Below, piece after piece: positions 37,782 through 45,616 of a DNA stretch of 47,207 bases. The stretch comes from Verrucomicrobiaceae bacterium (GTDB lineage Bacteria > Verrucomicrobiota > Verrucomicrobiia > Verrucomicrobiales > Verrucomicrobiaceae), in the NCBI GenBank assembly GCA_947477755.1, contig CANJVS010000001.1, forward strand, positions 1 through 47,207, in the 5' to 3' direction. Below the pieces are notes generated by a model. That model had not been told where the DNA came from. It did not search any database and saw only the letters and a list, made by a program, of their open reading frames with translations. Each line of letters begins with the position of its first letter. Within the stretch, counting starts at the first letter, position 1. Both the position numbers and the translations under genes were made by a program.

Positions 37782-38153
37782 TTGAATCGGGTGTCGTTGA
37801 TACTAACGCGGTTGAACTCTGAAGGGGCTACGGTCTAGCGCAGCTGATTTATGTTTTAATCATGAGGCGTATGAACAAAAATTACAATACATTTATATCT
37901 TGGTTTCACGCGAGCTCTAAGGGCTTATTCCACAAGCCCGAGATCTGCACGTGCGGTTGCCAATCCTAGCCAGAAGCCTAGATCATCTCCGCTGGAGAAG
38001 TGACCAAGTGTACGATACCCGGCGCTTCAGTCTGAGGGAAGCTTGTAAGGTGAAATCCAAGCGCCTGAGAATAGCAGCAATCAGATGACTGAATGCCGCA
38101 TGTTCGCTTTGGAGGAGCAAGCTCCATTCAATGGATCGTTCCTGCCTTAATCC

Positions 38154-38519
38154 TCAACGTGCCACATAGTCGAGCACGCAGACCTTATCGAGGATCGGCT
38201 TGAGTTGGCTAACGAACTCGGCGTGTGCCGGATGTGGCAGGTAGACATCAACGCCAGCCTTGTCGGCAAAGGTCACGAAGAAGCAGTGGGTGAAACCATC
38301 GTTGAGGTTCTCGGGACTCACATTGGTGCCCCATTCGAAACCCTTCACGGTGTGCACCTTCTTGGCGAGTGCGATGAAGGCCTTCTCGATGCCCTGCACT
38401 TGTTCAGGTGTGGCGCTGTCCTTGAATTTAAAAAACACAACGTGGCGGTAGGGGGCGTCTTCGGCAGGGGAGGAGGTCATGAGGAGAAGGATGGTGGCGA
38501 GGGTGAGGAGGTGTTTCAT
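38154..38519 (-). CDS. Dabb (stress-responsive A/B barrel) protein with signal peptide
   Basis: Motifs RHVVFFKFK, EWGTNVSPE, GFTHCF and YLPHPAH; start MKHLLT at 38519. Confidence 0.88.
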   Translation of the reverse strand: MKHLLTLATILLLMTSSPAEDAPYRHVVFFKFKDSATPEQVQGIEKAFIALAKKVHTVKGFEWGTNVSPENLNDGFTHCFFVTFADKAGVDVYLPHPAHAEFVSQLKPILDKVCVLDYVAR

Positions 38520-38535
38520 TGAAGAGGGCGGGGGA

Positions 38536-38610
38536 GTTGACGGTTGTTGACTGTAGATTCCCAAACCATCGTAAACCACAGTCAACAACTGTAAACCATC
38601 GTAAACACCC
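38536..38610. repeat. Decamer-periodic inverted-repeat element
   Basis: GTTGACGGTT GTTGACTGTA, then CCAAACCATC GTAAACCACA GTCAACAACT GTAAACCATC GTAAACACCC. Confidence 0.7.
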
Positions 38611-38611
38611 A

Positions 38612-39061
38612 TCAGGCCAGCGTTTGGCATTCGACCATGCCCTTGCGCAGACTTGCCCACGGTTCCTGAGTGGAGACATCCTGAGGGTCGGTCATGGCGG
38701 CCAGGTCATCAGGCAATTTGGCTGGTGAGAGGATGGCCAGGAAAACAAGAGGCTCCTGATGTGGATTGAAGGTGCCGTGAATGACGCCGGCCGGGATGTG
38801 CGCCATCTCGCCTGCCTTGAGGATGCGATACTCATTTCCCACCCACTGCTCGGCGCGGCCGTAGATCACATAGATGATCTCCTCGCGATGCGGATGAAAA
38901 TGAAACGGATGGCAGTGCATCGGATCCATGTTGGCACGCACCAGCAGCAATTTTTCAGCCTCGACCAAATCGGGGCGGCAGAGCCATTCATTGTTCGTCC
39001 ACGGATTGGTCTCGCGGGCGGCGTCGTCGATCTGTACAAAACGGGCGTGGGTGTCTGACAT
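38612..39061 (-). CDS. Cupin domain protein
   Basis: HPFHFHPHREEIIYV and GEMAHIPAGVIHGTFN cupin motifs. Confidence 0.9.
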   Translation of the reverse strand: MSDTHARFVQIDDAARETNPWTNNEWLCRPDLVEAEKLLLVRANMDPMHCHPFHFHPHREEIIYVIYGRAEQWVGNEYRILKAGEMAHIPAGVIHGTFNPHQEPLVFLAILSPAKLPDDLAAMTDPQDVSTQEPWASLRKGMVECQTLA

Positions 39062-39068
39062 GGGGCTG

Positions 39069-39096
39069 ATGCTAGCGGGACTCTGTTTTCAGGCAA
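39069..39096 (-). promoter_or_regulatory. Putative sigma70 promoter giving a leaderless cupin mRNA
   Basis: Minus strand TTGCCT-N16-TAGCAT, then 7 nt to the ATG. Confidence 0.4.
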
Positions 39097-39121
39097 TGGG
39101 TGATTGCTGATGGTTGGCGGT

Positions 39122-40495
39122 TCACATTTTCACTTCGCCGCCAGACTTGCCGGTGGCTCCATCCCAGAAATAGACCTTGCCATCGAAGGCTCCGGCAAAG
39201 ACGGTTTTTGAGTCACCAGTGATCACGACGCTGGTTGGTGTTTCGGTGATGCTGGTGAGCTTGCGTTCCTTGGCTCCCTCGCTGCGCTCGCCGCCGGTAT
39301 GGCGGACGAAATCGGTGTAGAGGCTGCCGCCGCCTTTCCCCGTGAGCACCACCAGCGTCTTGCCATCAGGCGACCAGGCGAGGGCGGAGAAGGCATTTTT
39401 TTTATCGCCCAATGAGGCTTCCTGCTCGCCGCTGGTGGTGTTCCAGAGCTTCACTTCACGATCGGCGCCTGCGGTGGCAATCTGTGTGGCGTCCTTGTTG
39501 AAGGCGACGGACAACACATGGCTGGTGTGACCTTCATAAAAAGAAACAAGCTTGTTGTTAGCTGAATCCCACAGCTTAGCCAGCTTGTCCGCGCCGCCGC
39601 TGAGCAGGCGGTCACCCTTGGGGGAAAGGCGCAGGGCAAGGACATTGTCCTCATGCGCTTTCCAGGTGGTGAGCAGCTTGCCTGTGGCGAGGTCAAACTT
39701 GCGGATGAACCCTGCACCGCCGGTCTCGCCATCAGCGGCAAAGACCGCGCTGCCACTGGCATCGAAGACGGCGGCGGTGATGCTGCCAATGAGTGATTCA
39801 TTGAGCTCGCGCACCTGCTTCATGGTGGAGGCATCCCAGACGAACAGGCGCTGGAATCCACCGGACACCAGCCACTTGCCATCGCGACTCCAGGCCAGCG
39901 CTGATACGAGTTCGGTCTGTCCCTCCAGCTTGCCGAGCACGGGCCGCTCGGGTTTTGTCAGATCCACGATCACGACGGTATTTGCCCTGGCGATGGCGAG
40001 ACGTTTTTCATCCGGTGACAAAACCAGCGCGAGTACTGGCTGATAATTTGCAGGCATGGCGGCGAGCTTCACCTGTTTTGGAGCTGGCGCTTCATCGAAG
40101 ACTTTAGCATCCCACACGGCGCCGCTGTCGATCCATGTTTTCAAAGCGGTGATTTCGGCGGCCGTGAGATTCTTCTTCGGCGGCATATGCGGATCAGCAT
40201 CGGCGAGCACCGACTGATAGAGCAGGCTGTCAGCGGCCTTGCCCGGCTTCACCGGCACGCCGTTGTCGCCGCCCTTCATCATCTTCTCCGCCGTGGTCAG
40301 CAGCAGACCACCCTTCGCCTTGCCCGGCTTATGACAGCCCACACACTGATCGCGCAGGACCCTCATGGCAGGTTTTGGATCTGTCGCCGCGCCAGCCGGG
40401 GATGGGCTGATTGGTTTCGTGTCTGTCGCCGCGCCCGCCAGGACGTTACTGATGGCGCAAAGGCTGAAAATGACGAGTTGAAGTCGGGGGGGCAT
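39122..40495 (-). CDS. Planctomycete cytochrome c (PSCyt1) plus WD40-repeat protein
   Basis: Signal peptide; CVGCH...MPP heme domain; several GH...WD repeats. Start taken at MPPRLQ (40495). Confidence 0.88.
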   Translation of the reverse strand: MPPRLQLVIFSLCAISNVLAGAATDTKPISPSPAGAATDPKPAMRVLRDQCVGCHKPGKAKGGLLLTTAEKMMKGGDNGVPVKPGKAADSLLYQSVLADADPHMPPKKNLTAAEITALKTWIDSGAVWDAKVFDEAPAPKQVKLAAMPANYQPVLALVLSPDEKRLAIARANTVVIVDLTKPERPVLGKLEGQTELVSALAWSRDGKWLVSGGFQRLFVWDASTMKQVRELNESLIGSITAAVFDASGSAVFAADGETGGAGFIRKFDLATGKLLTTWKAHEDNVLALRLSPKGDRLLSGGADKLAKLWDSANNKLVSFYEGHTSHVLSVAFNKDATQIATAGADREVKLWNTTSGEQEASLGDKKNAFSALAWSPDGKTLVVLTGKGGGSLYTDFVRHTGGERSEGAKERKLTSITETPTSVVITGDSKTVFAGAFDGKVYFWDGATGKSGGEVKM

Positions 40496-40576
40496 TGGCT
40501 TTGCAGAACATACGTCGCCGGAACGACGCATCCTTGCGCGATCATCGCGCGAAGAGGCAGGGTATTTCGGTTCTCT

Positions 40577-41428
40577 CTATACCCGCGCCAATCCGAGAAG
40601 CTCCCTGACTCTGCTGATTTCTGCGGCGGAGGTTTTGGCGACGAAGCCGCGGGCGTGGGCGAAGTGGACGTCGGGTTGCTTTTCGATGCGGGTGAAATCG
40701 TAGCGAGGGTCGTCGTTGTGTCGGGAGAGGCCGTAGCCGCTGCCACGGCGGTCCGGGTAGATAAGGGCGGCGATGCTGCTGCTCTTGCCAATACTGTCGA
40801 GGTAGCGGCCGATGCCGGCGGAGGGTTCTTCGGGGATGGGATCGGTGCGGGGCAGGAAAAGGATTTCATTTCCATCCACGCTCCAGATTTGTGCATGCTG
40901 CACGACGAAGTCGAGGCGCGTCCGCAACTCACGCAGGTACTCCAGAAGGTCCTGGCCGATGTAGCTGAGAATTTCCCACAGCGGCTCGCCGGGCTCAAGG
41001 CGCTTGGCCTTGGCGAAACGACGCAGGATGGTGACGTCGATGGGCGAGGAGAGCTTGTTCATGGTGTTGCGGTTCACGCCGAGCCATTTGGCCGTGACGT
41101 TGGGACCGCGGGTGTCAAACCATTCGGCCGGCTCCAGCCAATCGCAGAACTGGCGGGCATCCTCATAGACGCCGAGATGCTGCAGCACGAGGCTTAGCGC
41201 GCACACGGGAGGATGATCGGCGGGGAATTGATGATGGTCAAAATTGTTTCGCTCGGGCGCATGTTCACCGCCGACATCGACCACGGCAATATTGGGATCG
41301 GCAAGATCGGCCTCAGTGGGTTCGCGCCGCACGATGGGCACGAGGTTTTCGGCGGCGAGGAGGCTGCAGGCAAGAAGTTCGTCCTTATGGGCGCCGCCGG
41401 GATGAGTGAGGATGAGAGAGATGGGCAT
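40577..41428 (-). CDS. MYG1 family (DHH-like) metal-dependent hydrolase/exonuclease
   Basis: Motifs THPGGAHKDE, VDVGG, FDHHQ and FAHARGF. Confidence 0.85.
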   Translation of the reverse strand: MPISLILTHPGGAHKDELLACSLLAAENLVPIVRREPTEADLADPNIAVVDVGGEHAPERNNFDHHQFPADHPPVCALSLVLQHLGVYEDARQFCDWLEPAEWFDTRGPNVTAKWLGVNRNTMNKLSSPIDVTILRRFAKAKRLEPGEPLWEILSYIGQDLLEYLRELRTRLDFVVQHAQIWSVDGNEILFLPRTDPIPEEPSAGIGRYLDSIGKSSSIAALIYPDRRGSGYGLSRHNDDPRYDFTRIEKQPDVHFAHARGFVAKTSAAEISRVRELLGLARV

Positions 41429-41431
41429 GAG

Positions 41432-41461
41432 CTTGTCCTTCGTAGCCTTGGCGGAGAAGGA
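41432..41461. repeat. Short REP-like palindrome
   Basis: CTTGTCCTTCGTAGCCTTGGCGGAGAAGGA with TCCTTC/GAAGGA arms. Confidence 0.35.
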
Positions 41462-41504
41462 GAGCCAGTAGACTTTCTGACCAGGGCAGGGGAGATTGGC
41501 AGAC

Positions 41505-42950
41505 TCAAGCCAGCAGTTCCGTCACGATCCGGGCCTTTGGGTTCTCCACAAGCACCTGCTCGGTGCCGTTGCGCTTGTAGCTGAGCTTCTTGGCATCGAG
41601 ACCGAAGAGGTGGAGGAGCGTGGCGTGGTAGTCGAAATGGTTGACGACATCTTTGACGGCATGGTGACCGAACTCGTCGGTGGCACCATGGGCGTAACCC
41701 GCTTTGAACCCGCCACCGGCGACCCACATGCTGAAACCGTAGGTGTTGTGGTCACGACCGACGCCGGCCCGGCCCTTGGCTCCGGCACGATTTTGGATGA
41801 CAGGCAGGCGACCCATCTCGCCGCCCCAGTGAACAATGGTGGTGTCGAGCAGGCCGCGCTGCTTGAGGTCCATGACCAGTGCCGCAGCGGGTTGATCGAC
41901 CTGCATGCAGGCGGTGGGCAGACTGGTGAGGATGCTGCTGTGGTGATCCCAGGTCTGATTGCCGGTGAAGATGGAGACGAAACGGACACCGCGCTCGACG
42001 AGGCGGCGGGCGATGAGGCAGCGCTTGCCGAACTCCTCCGTGGCGGGTTTGTCGATGCCGTAGAGTTTCCTCGTGGCCTCACTCTCCTGCATGATGTCGA
42101 GGGCTTCCTTGGCGGAGGTCTGCATCTTCGCGGCGAGTTCAAAGCTCTGGATGCGCGCTTCGAGATCGCTTTCACCAGGGCGGGCGTCGGCGTGCTCGCG
42201 ATTCAGGCGATTCACAAAGTTGAGGTAGCGTTCCTGCGCTTCACCCTTCAGGGACATGGGCGGGTCGAGGTTGAGGATACGCGGTTCTTTGGACCGGATG
42301 ACGGTGCCCTGGTACATGGAGGGCAGCCAGCCGTTGGAAAAATTGTCCACGCCGAGCACGGGCAATCCGCGCGGATCCGTGAGGGCGACGTAGGCTGGCA
42401 GGTCCTGATTTTCACTGCCGAGGCCGTAAGTGAGCCAGCTCCCGAGTGTCGGGCGGCCTCCAACAATCTGGCCGTTGATAAGTGAATAGATGGACTGGCC
42501 GTGATTGTTCACCCCAGTGTGCATGGAGCGGATGAGCGTCATCTCGTCGGCGATGCTGCCCATGTAGGGGACGAGGTCGCTCATCTCGATGCCGCTCTGG
42601 CCGCGCGGCTTGAACTGCCACTGCGGACCCATGACCTCCCGGCTGGCACCGGCGGCGTCGTCATACTTGATGTCGCCGGGGAAATCTTTGCCATCCAGCT
42701 TCATGAGCTCGGGCTTCGGCTCAAAGAGGTCGATGTGGCTGGGGCCGCCCTGCATGAACATGGAGATCATGGCCTTTGCCTGACCGAAGCCGTGAGCAGG
42801 CTTTGGTTTCAGATCGAAATGCTGCGGCCCGCCACCCGCCAGCGCCGGATTGGCCAGCAGGCCCTGCTCACGCAGCAACGTCGCGAGCGCGATGGTGCCC
42901 ATGCCATAGGCACCGGAGAGAAAACGACGTCGATCGAGAGAAAAAGACAT
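41505..42950 (-). CDS. DUF1501 family protein (Tat-like N-terminus)
   Basis: DRRRFL; FMQGGPSHIDLFEPKP; CLIARRLVERGVRFV; WDHH; GEMGRLP; GRDH. Confidence 0.92.
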   Translation of the reverse strand: MSFSLDRRRFLSGAYGMGTIALATLLREQGLLANPALAGGGPQHFDLKPKPAHGFGQAKAMISMFMQGGPSHIDLFEPKPELMKLDGKDFPGDIKYDDAAGASREVMGPQWQFKPRGQSGIEMSDLVPYMGSIADEMTLIRSMHTGVNNHGQSIYSLINGQIVGGRPTLGSWLTYGLGSENQDLPAYVALTDPRGLPVLGVDNFSNGWLPSMYQGTVIRSKEPRILNLDPPMSLKGEAQERYLNFVNRLNREHADARPGESDLEARIQSFELAAKMQTSAKEALDIMQESEATRKLYGIDKPATEEFGKRCLIARRLVERGVRFVSIFTGNQTWDHHSSILTSLPTACMQVDQPAAALVMDLKQRGLLDTTIVHWGGEMGRLPVIQNRAGAKGRAGVGRDHNTYGFSMWVAGGGFKAGYAHGATDEFGHHAVKDVVNHFDYHATLLHLFGLDAKKLSYKRNGTEQVLVENPKARIVTELLA

Positions 42951-43103
42951 GCCCTATCTACGCACGAGCCGGCATGGGTTTAGCGCCCGGCTTTGGAAGT
43001 CGGTCCGGGATGGAGCCCGAGACGCCTCGATGAGTGACTTTCCCTGATGAAAATGAGGCTCCCTTATTTTCGCAAAAACGAAATTTTTCAGTAAGTAAGC
43101 CGT

Positions 43104-45551
43104 ATGGGAATCATCATGTCCCCCCGAAACCACCTCCTCGCCCTTGCCCTCATGCTCAGCGCTCCTGTTGCGCATGCGGCTTATCCCGAATTCTCGTCAA
43201 CCATTCCGAATGGTGGACAGAAGGGAACTGACTGGAAATTGACGGTCACTGGTGCCCGATTGGAAGACTTTGAAAGCATGATCTTTTTCTCGCCTGGATT
43301 CACGCAGAAGAGCGTGGACAAGGTGGAGAAGGGCAAGGTGCAACTGACGATCTCCGTGGCGGCTGATGTGCCCTCGGGCAATCACTTGATGCGCATCCGC
43401 ACGAAGTCGGGCATCTCTCATGCGCGGCAGATTTTTGTGGGACCGTTTCCGAATGTCGAGGAAAAGGAGCCGAACACGGACATTGAGGCCGCCCAACCCA
43501 TCCAGTTCAATCAAACCGTCGAGGGCGTGGTGCTGAATGAGGATGTGGATTATTTCAAACTCACGGCGAAGAAGGGTCAGCGGATCAGTGTGGAGGCGGA
43601 CGGTCTCCGTCTGGGCTACACGCCGTTCGATCCCTACATCGCCATCCTCGACAAGGACCGCTTTGAAAAGTCCTTCTCGGACGACACGATCCTGCATCGC
43701 CAGGATGGCTATTGCTCCTTTGTGGCTGAGTATGATGGCGACTATTACGTGATGATGCGCGAGTCCTCGTATCGCGGTGGCGGTAACAACTACTATCGTC
43801 TGCACGTGGGCAGCTTCCGTCGTCCGGACGTTGTTTATCCTGCCGGTGGCAAGATCGGCTCGAAGACGAAGGTGCGCTTCATTGAGAAGGACACAAGCTT
43901 CGAAGAAGAGGCGCAACTGCCCGCTGAAGTCGATCCCGGCTTCATGATTTATTCAAAGACGCAGGAGGCCGCTCCTTCCGGCAATCCATTCCGACTGGTG
44001 CCCTTTGACAATGCGCTGGAAGTCGAGCCAAACGAAGATCAGGCCAAGGCCACGCCAACAGCCACGGGTGAGCCGATCGCGCTCAATGGGATCATCGAAA
44101 AACCGGGTGATGTGGACTACTTCAAGGTGCCTCTGAAAAAAGATCAGCAGGTTGTGATTCAAGCCTATGCACAGAGCCTGGGATCGCCACTCGACTCCGT
44201 CGTGAACGTGTACAATGAAAAGGGCAGCAGCCTCGGCGGCAATGATGACGGCGGTGGCCGTCGCCGCCTCGATAGCAAGCAGACCCTCAGAGTGCCGGCC
44301 GATGGCAACTACTACGTGCGCGTCACGGATCATCTGGAGCGCGGCGGACCTAACTTTGTTTATCGCATCGAAATGGTGGCCAGCCAGCCGGAGCTGACCT
44401 TTGCCTCACCGAACTATTCGGTGAATGACTCGAACTACCGCCAATTCATGGCCGTGCCACGCGGCGGGCGCATGGCCTTGCTGGAGAATGTCTCCCGCAG
44501 CAACGTCAGCGGTGATTTCAAGTTTGATGCTCCGGGCCTGCCACCCGGTATCAAGATGCTCTCAGACATCTTTCCAAAGGATCAGCCGAGCATGCCACTC
44601 CTGTTTGAAGCCGCGCCGGATGCACCCCTCGGACACAGAACCGTCGCCATGCAGATGAAACCCGTGGACCCGGCTCAGAAAGTGATCGGCAGGATGCGTC
44701 AGGACTTCGATATCGTGCGCTCGGGCAACACGATTTTCCTCACCGACATCGAGGACAAACTGCCAGTTGCCGTCGTCGAGGAGGTTCCTTATTCCCTTGA
44801 GATCGTCAAGCCCGCGGTGCCGCTGGTGAACAACGGGGTCATGAATCTGAAAGTCGTCGCCAAGCGCAAAGAAGGCTTCAAGACAGCCATCCGCGTGCTC
44901 ATGGTCTGGAAGCCCATCGGAGTCAGCGTGCTCGGTGAGCAGACCATCCCGGAAGGCAAGGATGAGTGCACATTCGTTCTGGATGCGAACGCAAATGCAC
45001 CTGCCGGCACTTGGAAATTTGTGGTGCAGGGTGAAGTCGATGCTGGAAATGGCCGCGTTTACAATGCCTCTCCTTTCTGTGAAGTCACCACGACACCAGC
45101 CTATTTGACCGCTCCTGCCATTCCGCTCACGGCCGTGGAGCAGGGAAAAGAAACCATCATGGTGGCGAAACTGGAGCACCTAAAGCCCTTTGATGGCGAA
45201 GCGCTGGCGCAGGTCGTCGGTGTGCCGGACACGATCCCAATTGAGTCGGCAAAGATCACCAAGGATACCAAGGAAGTTAGCTTCAAAGTGATGACTCATG
45301 ACAAATCACCCATCGGCAAGCAGAACAATTTGTTTGTCCAGGTCGATGTGCCCGTCCCCGGTGGAACCACGACACATCGAATTGCCCTCGGTTCAGTTCT
45401 TCGCATCGATGCCCCTCGCAAGGTGGTCGCTCCACCTCCGGCCGCTGCTGTCGTTGCACAAAACAAGCCGAAGGAGGCACCAAAACCTGCCGCTCCGAAA
45501 GTTCTTTCCCGTCTGGAGCAACTGCGCCAGGAAGCCGCCAGCGGCAAGTAA
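43104..45551 (+). CDS. PPC (pre-peptidase C-terminal-like) repeat protein, PVC type
   Basis: Signal peptide; PNGGQKGT; repeated EKEPN/EVEPN and DVDYFK modules; no catalytic protease motif seen. Confidence 0.8.
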   Translation: MGIIMSPRNHLLALALMLSAPVAHAAYPEFSSTIPNGGQKGTDWKLTVTGARLEDFESMIFFSPGFTQKSVDKVEKGKVQLTISVAADVPSGNHLMRIRTKSGISHARQIFVGPFPNVEEKEPNTDIEAAQPIQFNQTVEGVVLNEDVDYFKLTAKKGQRISVEADGLRLGYTPFDPYIAILDKDRFEKSFSDDTILHRQDGYCSFVAEYDGDYYVMMRESSYRGGGNNYYRLHVGSFRRPDVVYPAGGKIGSKTKVRFIEKDTSFEEEAQLPAEVDPGFMIYSKTQEAAPSGNPFRLVPFDNALEVEPNEDQAKATPTATGEPIALNGIIEKPGDVDYFKVPLKKDQQVVIQAYAQSLGSPLDSVVNVYNEKGSSLGGNDDGGGRRRLDSKQTLRVPADGNYYVRVTDHLERGGPNFVYRIEMVASQPELTFASPNYSVNDSNYRQFMAVPRGGRMALLENVSRSNVSGDFKFDAPGLPPGIKMLSDIFPKDQPSMPLLFEAAPDAPLGHRTVAMQMKPVDPAQKVIGRMRQDFDIVRSGNTIFLTDIEDKLPVAVVEEVPYSLEIVKPAVPLVNNGVMNLKVVAKRKEGFKTAIRVLMVWKPIGVSVLGEQTIPEGKDECTFVLDANANAPAGTWKFVVQGEVDAGNGRVYNASPFCEVTTTPAYLTAPAIPLTAVEQGKETIMVAKLEHLKPFDGEALAQVVGVPDTIPIESAKITKDTKEVSFKVMTHDKSPIGKQNNLFVQVDVPVPGGTTTHRIALGSVLRIDAPRKVVAPPPAAAVVAQNKPKEAPKPAAPKVLSRLEQLRQEAASGK

Positions 45552-45616
45552 GCGTGACATTTTGAGAAACCTCTCTGCCAATTTTAGATACTCTAATCCA
45601 AAGGCCCCTCCCCCCA

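Noticed and set aside
37947-37962. Possible sigma54 promoter for the minus-strand pilus operon (TGGCAACCGCACGTGC)
   Set aside because: Spacing is GG-N11-GC, not the required N10.
18900-38153. Integrative element or prophage explanation for the low-GC block
   Set aside because: No integrase, transposase, phage gene, tRNA or att-like direct repeat was seen.
38520-38660. N-terminal extension of the Dabb ORF (VYDGL repeats)
   Set aside because: It is only the translation of the decamer repeat element; the signal peptide starts at 38519.
40187-42485. Plus-strand ORFs of 336 aa (40187-41197) and 329 aa (41496-42485)
   Set aside because: Antisense shadows of the WD40, MYG1 and DUF1501 genes, with no recognisable motifs.
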